A stretch of 38,059 nucleotides of DNA from Deltaproteobacteria bacterium. Lineage in GTDB: Bacteria > Desulfobacterota > BSN033 > UBA1163. Position numbers and translations under genes: made by a program. Below, piece by piece: positions 9,673 to 18,944 of this stretch. The DNA is taken from positions 1 through 38,059 of the forward strand of contig JBBITW010000009.1 in assembly GCA_037440525.1 (NCBI GenBank), in the 5' to 3' direction. The notes under the pieces are model-generated. The model ran no database searches. It had not been told where the DNA came from and saw nothing but the letters and a program-made list of their open reading frames with translations. Within the stretch, counting starts at the first letter, position 1, and the number at the start of each line of letters is the position of its first letter.

Positions 9673-9895
9673 GAGACTCCTGAAAAAGTCCTAAAATGAC
9701 TGGGGAGGTAGGGTTCCAAACCCTTCGAATGCGGACACTAAGAAGTTAAATTGCTTACAATCGCTTAAAAGAAAATCAAGCATTTTCAGGGTATTAATCA
9801 TTATTGCTAAACTATTAGAGGTATCCGCTCGAAGGCTTTTCCACCCCACCTCCCCAGTCTATAAGAATAGTTTTTGATACTTTTTAAGAGATCTC
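9673..9895. mobile_element. Family B MITE, copy B1 (223 bp), with 5-bp TSD TTGTA
   Basis: Imperfect TIRs GAGACTCCTGAAAAAGT / ACTTTTTAAGAGATCTC; TTGTA at 9668-9672 and 9896-9900; inner IR GACTGGGGAGGTAGGG / CCCCACCTCCCCAGTC; homologous to 11740-11858. Confidence 0.85.
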
Positions 9896-9911
9896 TTGTA
9901 GACTTTCATTT

Positions 9912-10025
9912 AAAAATTAAAAGTGGACTCCTAATATATCCTCCTCTCCTTTGTCTTCTCCCCAGGGGGAGATGAGATAAGAAGTAGTGCAATTTTAAAA
10001 CTTAAACTGTCCACATTTAAATTTT
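9912..10025. repeat. Degenerate family C-like palindrome (CTCCTCTCC...TCTCCCC-A-GGGGGAGA) enclosed by an AT-rich inverted repeat
   Basis: AAAATTAAAAGTGGAC (to 9928) pairs imperfectly with GTCCACATTTAAATTTT (10009-10025); central hairpin at about 9940-9985. Confidence 0.45.
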
Positions 10026-10171
10026 AGCTAATGGATTTTTTATAGAGACTTCATAAGAGATAAATCTTGAAGAGAATAAAATTAAGATAAAAAATATTCC
10101 TTCAGATGATTTGACTCCAATTTTTATTTCTGATAAAAATATTTTATATAATTATAAAGGAAATAAAACAG

Positions 10172-10501
10172 ATGCTTAAAAAGAGGGAATTAAAAAAGGA
10201 AAAACTTGAGGAAATTATACGGAGGATTATTCAAGTTGCTCAACCTGAGAAAATTATTCTCTTTGGATCTGCGGCAAAAGGGACAATGGGTCCTCATAGT
10301 GATGTGGATTTATTAGTTATAAAAAAGGGAGAATTTCATCAGGGTCGTCTTACAGGCGATATTTATATGAACCTCCATGGAATAGGTATAGCTGTGGATG
10401 TTATTTTAGTAACTCCTGAGCAGGTTGAGAGATATCGGAATAACCACTACCTCGTTATTGCCCCTGCTCTTCGTGATGGAAAAGAGGTTTATCGTGCCTG
10501 A
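10172..10501 (+). CDS. Minimal nucleotidyltransferase (MNT) antitoxin of an MNT-HEPN module
   Basis: IILFGSAAKG...SDVDLLVI (GS-X10-DXD) motif, 109 aa, overlapping a downstream HEPN remnant. Confidence 0.88.
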   Translation: MLKKRELKKEKLEEIIRRIIQVAQPEKIILFGSAAKGTMGPHSDVDLLVIKKGEFHQGRLTGDIYMNLHGIGIAVDVILVTPEQVERYRNNHYLVIAPALRDGKEVYRA

Positions 10502-10668
10502 AAGGTATCCTCCAGAAGACCCAAGAGCAAGGAGAAAAATTAACACGATTTGCAGTTTTCACCAGATATCCAGGGATTGCTTCTCCTGTGAATTACGATG
10601 AATATGAAGAGGCATTAAATTTGGCAGAGGAAATTGTCCGATGGGCAAAAAAACAAATCGAAAGTTAA
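10494..10668 (+). pseudogene. HEPN-domain toxin with internal deletion and frameshift
   Basis: GTG start gives MPERYPPEDPR (HEPN-like N-terminus); from 10528, in another frame, QGEKLTRFAVFTRYPGIASPVNYDEYEEALNLAEEIVRWAKKQIES* (HEPN C-terminus with RYP); the central part is missing. Confidence 0.8.
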
Positions 10669-10726
10669 AATAGGAATTCAAATCTTAAAAGTTGAATTTA
10701 ATTTTGATTAAGTATAAGGAGGGGAA

Positions 10727-11620
10727 ATGAAAAGAAAGCTTATAATCATTATAGTAATATTAGTTCTCATAATAGGAGGCGCCTATCTCTTTTACTCCTT
10801 TTATATTGAAAGTCCAAGCAGGCAGGTTCTTGCACATGTGAATGACGAAAGGATTACAGTTGAAGAATTCAACCGTGAGCTCGCTAAATTGGAAAGCCCT
10901 TTACGAGAAATGTACAGAGAGGATCCCCTCCAATTTCTTGAAGGGATGATAATTAAAAAACTGCTTTTGCAGGAGGCAAAGAAAGAGGTTCCGGAGAAAC
11001 CGAAAACATATAAAGATATTACAAAGGCTTCTCCTGAAGAAGACCTCATCTCAAACTTGATGAAAAAGAGATTTTCAACCCCACCGACTGTGACAAAGGA
11101 AGAGATAAAAGAATTTTATTCCTTTTTTAAGGAGCAGATGGGTGGGAAATCTTTAGATCAGGTCTCATCCGAGATTGAGGAGATTTTAAGACAGGAGAAA
11201 CTGAAAGAGGAGACAAGAAAATTCATCCTTGGTCTAAGAACAGCTGCCAAAGTTCAGATAGATCAGATTCGTCTGCAAAAGATTTCATCCAAACCCCCGG
11301 AATCAAATACAGAGGAAGATTTTAAAAATGCCCTTAAAAGCGGGAAACCATTTTTAGTCGACTTTGGTGCAAATAATTGCTTGCCCTGCCGTCAGATGAG
11401 GCCTCTTTTAAAAGAGATCGATAAAGAATATGTGGGGAAGGTAAAGGTGTTAGTCATCGATGTTTATAGATATCAAAATCTTGCTCGAGAATTTAAAATA
11501 CAACTCATTCCTACCCTGATCTTCTTCGACAAACAGGGGAAAGAGATTTTTAGACACATAGGGTTCATGGATAAGGAGAAGATCGTAGCGAAGTTAAAAG
11601 AGATCGGGATGGAAACATAA
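10727..11620 (+). CDS. Membrane-anchored SurA/PrsA N-terminal-like domain fused to thioredoxin
   Basis: N-terminal TM anchor, VLAHVNDERITVEEFNREL (SurA_N-like), C-terminal LVDFGANNCLPC...IPTLIFFD thioredoxin fold; AAGGAGG RBS. Confidence 0.8.
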   Translation: MKRKLIIIIVILVLIIGGAYLFYSFYIESPSRQVLAHVNDERITVEEFNRELAKLESPLREMYREDPLQFLEGMIIKKLLLQEAKKEVPEKPKTYKDITKASPEEDLISNLMKKRFSTPPTVTKEEIKEFYSFFKEQMGGKSLDQVSSEIEEILRQEKLKEETRKFILGLRTAAKVQIDQIRLQKISSKPPESNTEEDFKNALKSGKPFLVDFGANNCLPCRQMRPLLKEIDKEYVGKVKVLVIDVYRYQNLAREFKIQLIPTLIFFDKQGKEIFRHIGFMDKEKIVAKLKEIGMET

Positions 11621-11739
11621 TTTCATAATAAAATAACTATTATCCTTGCCTACCATGATGGGGTTTATCAGACCACTATTGGTAGCCCGGTGGTATTCCC
11701 AATATCTTCTCCAAGAGTTCTATGTTAGGTTTAAATATC

Positions 11740-11858
11740 GAGGGCTCTGAAAAATTCTTGAAATGACTGGGGAGGTAGGGCTTCAAACCCTTCGAATGCC
11801 TTTCCATCCCACCTCCCCAGTCTTATAAGATCGTTTTAAATACTTTTTTAGGGACATC
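11740..11858. mobile_element. Family B MITE, copy B2 (119 bp), with 5-bp TSD ATATC
   Basis: Colinear with B1 apart from the 104-bp central segment; ATATC at 11735-11739 and 11859-11863. Confidence 0.85.
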
Positions 11859-11883
11859 ATATCTAATCTCGTATGATAAATTT

Positions 11884-13032
11884 ATGGATAATGGAGAGGA
11901 ACCAAAACTTTTTCAACGCGATTTCATTCTAACCTTTTTTTCACATTTTACTTTTGCATCAGTTTTTCATATCTTAATTCCAACACTTCCCATCTATCTC
12001 AAGAGATTGGGTTCTACAGAAATAGAAATTGGTCTTCTTATAGGAATCTTTGCAATTTCTTCATTGGGACTTAGACCTCTTGTTGGTAAAGCCCTTTTAA
12101 AAACAATGGAAAAAAGGTTTATGATTGGTGGTTCTGTTCTTTATGCCCTTACATCCATCGCCTATCTTTTTACACCTCCATTTTGGCCATTTTTTATAGT
12201 GAGAGTCTTTCAAGGTATTGCATTTGCCTTTTTTCACACTGCCTCACTGACATTAATTGCCAATATAAGTTCAGAGTCCCATAGAGGCCAGAGTTTGGGT
12301 TACTTTTCTATATCCATGACCATTTCTGGTGCATTGTCTCCTTCAATAGGGTTCATTATAAATAACTTCAGTTTCGCCACCCTTTTTCTGGTCTGCTTTG
12401 GGCTTTCAGTATGTTCTATGGTGATTTCTCTTCAATTAAAAGGGAAAAGGCCTTCTCCTTCAGAGGATCATTCAATTAGGAGGATTTTCTTTCTCAGCCG
12501 AGAAGCTCTTCCCCCATCCATCATCAATTCCTTTTCACTTTTTATCTGGGGGGCCTTAACAGCCTTTTTCCCTCTTTATGCAATCAATCATGGGGTATCC
12601 AATCCAGGCCTTTTCTTTACCACCATTGCACTGATGCTTATACTTGGCCGTGTGTTTGGTGGGAGGATAATGGATCTTTATGATAGGGAGAAGGTCATTC
12701 TGCCTTGCCTAATCTGTTATATAGTTTCAATGTCAATACTTTCTTTTTCAAAAACACTACCAATGTTTATCCTTGTGGCTGTGATTTTCGGGATGGGACA
12801 GGCCTTTTTAATGCCTGTTTTAGTGGCCTATGCCCTAACTCGCGATGGCACCTCTGCAGGGCCAGTTATGGGGACATTTACTGCCGTCTCGGATCTTGGG
12901 CTATTTTTGGGATCAGTAATCATGGGGATAGTTATTCAGACAACAGGTTACTCTACGATGTTTCTGTGTTTAGCTATATTGGGTTTCATTAATCTCAATT
13001 ATTTCTATTTTTTTGTAAGAAAAAGGAAATAA
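11884..13032 (+). CDS. Major facilitator superfamily transporter
   Basis: About 12 hydrophobic segments; RVFQG, HRGQSLG, GRIMDLYDR MFS loop motifs. Confidence 0.9.
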   Translation: MDNGEEPKLFQRDFILTFFSHFTFASVFHILIPTLPIYLKRLGSTEIEIGLLIGIFAISSLGLRPLVGKALLKTMEKRFMIGGSVLYALTSIAYLFTPPFWPFFIVRVFQGIAFAFFHTASLTLIANISSESHRGQSLGYFSISMTISGALSPSIGFIINNFSFATLFLVCFGLSVCSMVISLQLKGKRPSPSEDHSIRRIFFLSREALPPSIINSFSLFIWGALTAFFPLYAINHGVSNPGLFFTTIALMLILGRVFGGRIMDLYDREKVILPCLICYIVSMSILSFSKTLPMFILVAVIFGMGQAFLMPVLVAYALTRDGTSAGPVMGTFTAVSDLGLFLGSVIMGIVIQTTGYSTMFLCLAILGFINLNYFYFFVRKRK

Positions 13033-13144
13033 TATAGGTTTCGATTCATGTAATGTTTTCATAAGGCCCTTACTTTAAGCGAATCCTGGTAAAATAAAAG
13101 TTAATCCTTGATTTAATCAACAATTTTCTTTTAATATTTATCTG

Positions 13145-14878
13145 ATGGAAGGATTTTTTAATAGACTACTTCGTATAAATCTCTCAAAGAAAAAATCTAT
13201 GGTGGAAGAAATTCCCGAACACGTCCTCCAATCCTATTTAGGTGGAAAGGGTTTGGGTTCATACCTTCTTCTAAAAGAGAATCCACCTCATATTGATCCA
13301 CTTTCACCTGATAATCGTCTGATATTCACCCTGGGGCCGCTTGCAGACACCTTATTTCATGGTTCAAGTCGTTATGCCATATTTACCAAGTCACCCCAGA
13401 CAGGAATCTATTCTGAATCTTATTCAGGAGGGAAGATCACACTCCCTCTCAGCAGGACTGGTTATGACGCCATTATTATTGAAGGGAGATCCAGTAATCC
13501 CATATTTATTGAAATAAGTGATAGAGATGTTATTTTTCACTCTGCCCCTGATATCTGGGGAAAGGATACTTACGAGGCAGAAGATGAGATTCTTAAAAAG
13601 GTTGATATTCAGGGGGCAGGGGCTATGGTCATAGGGCCTGCTGGTGAAAACCTTGTTAAGTTTGCAGTAATAGAAAGCGAACACTGGCGTTCCCTCGGAA
13701 GGGCAGGAATTGGTTCTGTAATGGGCTCAAAGAAACTCAAAGGGATTGTCTTCCATGGCAGAACCCGAAGAAGACTTGCAGATCCTTCTTCTTTAAGGAG
13801 ACTTGCCAAAGAATTTAAAGAGCGTGTCAAGGATAATCAGATCGTTAAGGTTTATAGAAAATATGGAACTCCAATGCTTGTATCCATAATGAATACCATA
13901 GGTGCCTTTCCAACTCAATATTGGTCCAAAGGGACATTAGAAGGATGGGAAGAAATAAGCGCAGAGAGCCTTATGGAACACTGTGATGTTACTCCATCGG
14001 CATGCCCCCATTGCTTTATGGCCTGCGGGAAAATCTCACAGGTAAAACAGGGTCGACACAAGGGTCTTCGAATTATGGGGCCAGAGTACGAAACAATTTA
14101 TGCCTTCGGGGGGCTGTGTATGGTTAAATCGATTGAGGAGATAATATACCTTAACGATCTTTGTGACCGACTCGGCATGGATACCATTACAGCAGGAAAC
14201 CTGGTGGCCTTTGCTATTGAGGCATCGAAAAAAGGGAAGATTAGGGAGAAACTCGACTACGGGGATGTAGATGGTATTTCGGAGATTTTGAAAATGATTG
14301 CCTACCAGAAGGGGATAGGAGAAATATTGTCAAAAGGAATTAAGTACGCCTCCTCATTCTGGGGAATGGAGAAAGAGGCTGTTCATGTAAAAGGGCTTGA
14401 GCCAGCAGGTTTTGATCCGAGGGTCTTAAAGGGGATGGGACTTGCCTATGCCACTTCAGATCGAGGGGCATGCCATCTAAGGGCGACCTTTTATAAATCT
14501 GAGCTTTCAGGCCAGATCGACCCTGATCAGATAAGAGGAAAGGCTAAACTCTTTGTGGATTATGAAGATAAGATGACAATTTTTGATGCCCTGATCCTAT
14601 GTCGTTTTTACAGGGATCTAATCACCTGGAATGACCTTGAAGAGATTATAAAATTTGCCTGTGGGTTATCACTGAAAAAGAGGGATCTAAAGGCTATGGC
14701 TTCAAGGATTATAAATTTAGCCCGATCCTTTAATCGTCAGGAAGGGGTGACAAGAAGGGATGATAGGCTTCCGAGGAGATTCTATAATGAAATGCTAAAG
14801 GAAACTGGAAAGGCAATGGATCAGAAGGAACTGGAATTTATGATAAATGAATATTATAGGCTGAGGGGATGGAATTGA
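13145..14878 (+). CDS. aor: Aldehyde:ferredoxin oxidoreductase family (tungstopterin) protein
   Basis: YLGGKGLG, TKSPQTG, MGSKKLK, CPHCFMAC, GPEYET, CDRLGMDTI, RGACHLR motifs. Confidence 0.92.
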   Translation: MEGFFNRLLRINLSKKKSMVEEIPEHVLQSYLGGKGLGSYLLLKENPPHIDPLSPDNRLIFTLGPLADTLFHGSSRYAIFTKSPQTGIYSESYSGGKITLPLSRTGYDAIIIEGRSSNPIFIEISDRDVIFHSAPDIWGKDTYEAEDEILKKVDIQGAGAMVIGPAGENLVKFAVIESEHWRSLGRAGIGSVMGSKKLKGIVFHGRTRRRLADPSSLRRLAKEFKERVKDNQIVKVYRKYGTPMLVSIMNTIGAFPTQYWSKGTLEGWEEISAESLMEHCDVTPSACPHCFMACGKISQVKQGRHKGLRIMGPEYETIYAFGGLCMVKSIEEIIYLNDLCDRLGMDTITAGNLVAFAIEASKKGKIREKLDYGDVDGISEILKMIAYQKGIGEILSKGIKYASSFWGMEKEAVHVKGLEPAGFDPRVLKGMGLAYATSDRGACHLRATFYKSELSGQIDPDQIRGKAKLFVDYEDKMTIFDALILCRFYRDLITWNDLEEIIKFACGLSLKKRDLKAMASRIINLARSFNRQEGVTRRDDRLPRRFYNEMLKETGKAMDQKELEFMINEYYRLRGWN

Positions 14879-14904
14879 TTTTCTTCTAAAAAGAAAAAGA
14901 GATT

Positions 14905-16458
14905 ATGGTCTTTCAAAGTCTTAAAGCAAAGATTCTTCTTATAGTAATTGTTGCGGTGGTTTTGATTGAAGGTATATTCCTCTACCTAAATATTAGATCC
15001 CTATCCCAGCAGATTCTCAATAAGACTGAGGAGGAGGCATTTAATCTCAGCGAGACTATACGCCTTAGCATCAGAAACGCTATGATAAAGGACCGGAGGG
15101 ATGAGTACCAGCGAATCATAGATGATGTTGCCCAGAGAAAAGGGATTGTTGAGGTAAGAATCTTTAACAAACAGGGGATGATAACGGTTTCTTCCGACCG
15201 TTCAAAAGTAGGGACAGTGGTGGATAAGAAAGCAGAGGCATGTTTTGGATGCCATAAGGAGGACGAAGCAAAGGTTTTGCTTCCTTCTGATAGTAAGACC
15301 CGAATATATCATATGGGAAACCAGAGTCTTCTCGGTTTAATTAATCCTATTTATAATGAACCTTCCTGCTATTCCTGTCATCCGAAGACCTTGAATGTTC
15401 TTGGAGTCCTGGATACCACTATCAGTCTTGAGAGTTTTGAAAAGGAGAGAGCACAGATATATAACAGGATGATAATTTCGGGTTTGATAAGCGTTATAAT
15501 TTTAAGCTTAGTTTTAAGTTTGCTCCTAACCCGCTTTGTAAATAAACCAATTAATAAACTTCTGGCCGCTACAAAAAGGGCTGCCCGTGGGGATCTGGAT
15601 CAAATCGTAGGGATAAAATCCCACGATGAATTGGGAGAACTTTCAGGGTCATTTAACAATATGATCACAGAGCTTAAAAAATCTCGTGATGCTATTGAAG
15701 AATGGACTCATACCCTGGAGCAAAAGGTGCAGGAAAGGACTCAGGAGCTTCAGAAGGTTCAGGATCAATTGATTCGTGCAGGTAAGATGGCTGCCCTCGG
15801 AGAGTTAGCCGCAGGGGTTGCACACGAAATAAACAATCCACTTACAGGTGTGCTTACTTTTAGCTCCCTGATGTTGAAGAAGGTCGATGATAAACATCCA
15901 TGGAAAAGGGATCTGGAGAATATTGTTGAGCAGACGACAAGGTGTAGAAATATTGTAAGGGGTCTCTTAGATTTTGCACGTCAGAGAAAGCCTGACAAGA
16001 AGGAGTGGGATATTAATAAATTGATCGAACAGACCATTGGTCTTCTTGAGAATCAAGCCCGTTTTCAGAATATTAAAATTGTAAAAGAGTTTAAAAAAGA
16101 TATGCCAATGCTCTTCTTAGATGGGGATCAGATACAGCAGGTATTTATGAATATCCTTATCAATGCTGCAGATGCAATGGCTGGCAGTATGGGCACATTA
16201 ACTGTTAAAACGGATTTAAGAGATGGAAAGGCATTGATTTCTTTTACTGATACAGGATGTGGAATGTCCAGGGAGCAACTTTCTCGGGTCTTTACACCAT
16301 TTTTTACTACAAAGGAGACTGGGAAAGGAACAGGGCTTGGATTGGCCATAAGCTATGGAATCGTGCAGAGTCATAATGGAGATATTGAGGTTGAGAGCGA
16401 GGTTGGCAGAGGTTCAACCTTCAGGATTAAGCTTCCTATAGATAGGCAAGAGGGGTGA
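14905..16458 (+). CDS. Sensor histidine kinase (TM-periplasmic sensor with two CxxCH-TM-HAMP-HisKA-HATPase), NtrB-like
   Basis: AHEINNPL H-box, QVFMNILINA N-box, DTGCG, PFFTTK, GTGLGL; HAMP DELGEL; CFGCH and CYSCH between the TM helices. Confidence 0.93.
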   Translation: MVFQSLKAKILLIVIVAVVLIEGIFLYLNIRSLSQQILNKTEEEAFNLSETIRLSIRNAMIKDRRDEYQRIIDDVAQRKGIVEVRIFNKQGMITVSSDRSKVGTVVDKKAEACFGCHKEDEAKVLLPSDSKTRIYHMGNQSLLGLINPIYNEPSCYSCHPKTLNVLGVLDTTISLESFEKERAQIYNRMIISGLISVIILSLVLSLLLTRFVNKPINKLLAATKRAARGDLDQIVGIKSHDELGELSGSFNNMITELKKSRDAIEEWTHTLEQKVQERTQELQKVQDQLIRAGKMAALGELAAGVAHEINNPLTGVLTFSSLMLKKVDDKHPWKRDLENIVEQTTRCRNIVRGLLDFARQRKPDKKEWDINKLIEQTIGLLENQARFQNIKIVKEFKKDMPMLFLDGDQIQQVFMNILINAADAMAGSMGTLTVKTDLRDGKALISFTDTGCGMSREQLSRVFTPFFTTKETGKGTGLGLAISYGIVQSHNGDIEVESEVGRGSTFRIKLPIDRQEG

Positions 16459-16462
16459 GGCA

Positions 16463-16864
16463 ATGGACTATACTCAAGATCATGCTCGATCAGGGATAGA
16501 TGTTCCCCTTCCAAAGATTGAGTGTTTTGAAAATCAATTCAAAAATTATGAGATTACGATTTCCATCCCTGAATATACCTCAGTATGCCCCAGAACAGGG
16601 CTTCCTGATTTCGGGACAATAACAATTCGATATGTACCCGGGAAATGGTGTGTGGAATTGAAATCCCTTAAGATGTATATTCTGGCATATAGAAACCTGG
16701 GCATCTTTTATGAAAATGCTGTTAACCGCATACTTAGGGATTTTGTAGAGGCATCGAAACCGCTCAGGGCTACGGTTATAGGTGAATTCAATGTCAGAGG
16801 GGGGATGAAGAGTATAATCGAGGCCTCCTACCCACCGACAAAATATAAAAAGAGCTACAGGTAA
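16463..16864 (+). CDS. queF: NADPH-dependent 7-cyano-7-deazaguanine reductase (preQ1 synthase)
   Basis: PEYTSVCPRTGLPDFG and ELKSLKMY QueF motifs; FNVRGG. Confidence 0.93.
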   Translation: MDYTQDHARSGIDVPLPKIECFENQFKNYEITISIPEYTSVCPRTGLPDFGTITIRYVPGKWCVELKSLKMYILAYRNLGIFYENAVNRILRDFVEASKPLRATVIGEFNVRGGMKSIIEASYPPTKYKKSYR

Positions 16865-16890
16865 ATGTGGATGAGTCTTTCCTTTGAAGA

Positions 16891-17793
16891 TTAATTTAAG
16901 TTTTCCTTTCTGAGAAGTTTTTCCCAGAATCGTTCAACATTTTCCTGAATCATCCTTATCTCTTTTTCTTTGAGGTGACTGAAACGTCCCTGAAGCTTTA
17001 GATAATCTTCAACAGGACGAAACCGGGGCTTGAGATTTATAATATATTTCTCCCCATTTTCAATTTCGTAGAGGGGAAAGACGCGGGTCAGGACAGCAAG
17101 CCGTGCGACCTTTATTGATAACTGGGGAGGAATCCTCCAGCCTGTGGGACATGTGGAGAGAATGTGGATGAATTTGAATCCCTTAATTCTCTGGGCCTTC
17201 CTTATCTTATTAAATAAATCCTCTGGATAGGCAATTGAAGAAGTTGCCGCATAGGGAATCTCATGGGCAGCCAAAATCTCCATTATGTTTTTTTTGGCCT
17301 CTTGCTTTGTCCGATCGAGAGGTGTGGTTGTTGTCCAGGAATAGATCGGCGTGGCTGAACTCCTCTGAATCCCTGTATTCATATAAGCTTCGTTATCATA
17401 ACAAACATAAATGATATCCTCATTTCTTTCTGCAGCACCTGATAGGGCCTGAAGGCCTATATCAAAGGTTCCCCCATCACCTGCCCATGCAAGGACAGTT
17501 GTAGTCATATTCCCCTGAATCTCAAGGCCTGCCTTTATACCTGTAGCTGTGGACGCTGCTGTTTCGAAGGCAACGTGATAAACAGGGACCTTCAGAGAGT
17601 GATAGGGGAAGATGCCTGAAATCATTGACCAGCATGAGGCTGGGATAACAACAATCGTATTTTCTCCCAATGCCTTAAGTGTATATCTCATTGCAATTGT
17701 TGCACCACAACCCGAGCATGCCATATGGCCTGAGGTCATATATTCTTCCTCAGGAAATTTCCATTTCTCCACTTTGATCTCCCTATTAATCAT
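16891..17793 (-). CDS. porB: 2-oxoacid:ferredoxin oxidoreductase beta (TPP-binding) subunit
   Basis: GHMACSGCG, AGDGGTFDIG, YDNEAYMNTG, CPTGW; substrate specificity not determinable. Confidence 0.88.
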   Translation of the reverse strand: MINREIKVEKWKFPEEEYMTSGHMACSGCGATIAMRYTLKALGENTIVVIPASCWSMISGIFPYHSLKVPVYHVAFETAASTATGIKAGLEIQGNMTTTVLAWAGDGGTFDIGLQALSGAAERNEDIIYVCYDNEAYMNTGIQRSSATPIYSWTTTTPLDRTKQEAKKNIMEILAAHEIPYAATSSIAYPEDLFNKIRKAQRIKGFKFIHILSTCPTGWRIPPQLSIKVARLAVLTRVFPLYEIENGEKYIINLKPRFRPVEDYLKLQGRFSHLKEKEIRMIQENVERFWEKLLRKENLN

Positions 17794-18944
17794 CCCTTGA
17801 GATCAGGCCAGAGGATTTCCTCCTCAGGGGAATCTTTTTCAATGGTTTCTTCTATTATCTTTTTTATTGTCTCCTGGGTTATATCCCTTCCTCCCAATCC
17901 AGCAACATAGCCAAATACCAGAGGTCTATACCTCTCATTTGATAGGGCTGATTTTAATTCCTCTGCAAATATCCCTCCCATACCAAATGAGATATTACGG
18001 TCAATCACCGCAACCTTTAAAACCCCTCTTAGATTTTTTCGAATCTCCTCCGAAGGGAAGGGCCGAAAGGTTCTCACTTTTAAGAGACCAATGGCCTTGC
18101 CTTCATCCCTATACTGGTCCACAACCTCTCTGCATGTACTCGTTAGAGTCCCGGAGGTGACAATAACCAATTCTGCATCATCACACCTGTAGGGTTCTAC
18201 AAGGCCATATCTCCTGCCAAAAATCCTGTAATATTCTTCCTCCACCTGATGGATTAAAGTTTTTGCATCTTCCATGGATTTTTGAATCTGAAACCTCATC
18301 TCTGTAAAGACATCAGGGGACGTGAGGCCACTAAATGATCTGGGCTCTTTTGGATCGAGTTTATATCTTGGCTTATATGATGGGAGAAATTGATCCACCC
18401 TCTCCTGGTCAGGGATATCCACCGGTTCGAATGTATGTGAAAGATAAAAGGCATCGAGAACAACCATGGATGGGAGAAGAAGGGTTTCTGATATCCTGAA
18501 TGCCTGGATGATTGTGTCAATAGCCTCCTGAGATGATTCACAATAGAATTGAAGCCAGCCCGTGTCCCTCTGACTGAGGCTATCTATCTGATCACACCAG
18601 ATATTCCAGGGGGCTCCCAGTGCACGGTTCACATTGACCATTACAATTGGAAGCCTTGCTCCTGAGGCCCAGTGGAGGAGTTCGTGCATAAGGGCAATGC
18701 CCTGAGACGAAGTGGCAGTAAAGGCCCGAGCACCAACTGCAGAGGCACCTATACAGCTTGCCATAGCAGAGTGTTCTGATTCTACCTTAATGAACTTTGC
18801 CTTGAGTTCTCCTTCCGAGCAGAGTTCAGAAAGCCTCTCAACAATATGGGTCTGTGGAGTGATCGGATATGCTGAAATCACCTGAACCCTCGATAGCATT
18901 ACCCCATAGGATATGGCATGGCTTCCCTCTATGACCCTCTTCAT
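17790..18944 (-). CDS. porA: 2-oxoacid:ferredoxin oxidoreductase alpha subunit
   Basis: SAYPITPQT, VESEHSAM, TATSSQG, RTFRPFP, GLGGRD; start set to ATG 18944 (ATGA overlap with the upstream stop). Confidence 0.9.
   Translation of the reverse strand: MKRVIEGSHAISYGVMLSRVQVISAYPITPQTHIVERLSELCSEGELKAKFIKVESEHSAMASCIGASAVGARAFTATSSQGIALMHELLHWASGARLPIVMVNVNRALGAPWNIWCDQIDSLSQRDTGWLQFYCESSQEAIDTIIQAFRISETLLLPSMVVLDAFYLSHTFEPVDIPDQERVDQFLPSYKPRYKLDPKEPRSFSGLTSPDVFTEMRFQIQKSMEDAKTLIHQVEEEYYRIFGRRYGLVEPYRCDDAELVIVTSGTLTSTCREVVDQYRDEGKAIGLLKVRTFRPFPSEEIRKNLRGVLKVAVIDRNISFGMGGIFAEELKSALSNERYRPLVFGYVAGLGGRDITQETIKKIIEETIEKDSPEEEILWPDLKG

Noticed and set aside
9673-11858. Composite transposon formed by B1 and B2 around MNT-HEPN and the thioredoxin fusion
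   Set aside because: Each copy has its own complete TSD (TTGTA versus ATATC), indicating separate insertions
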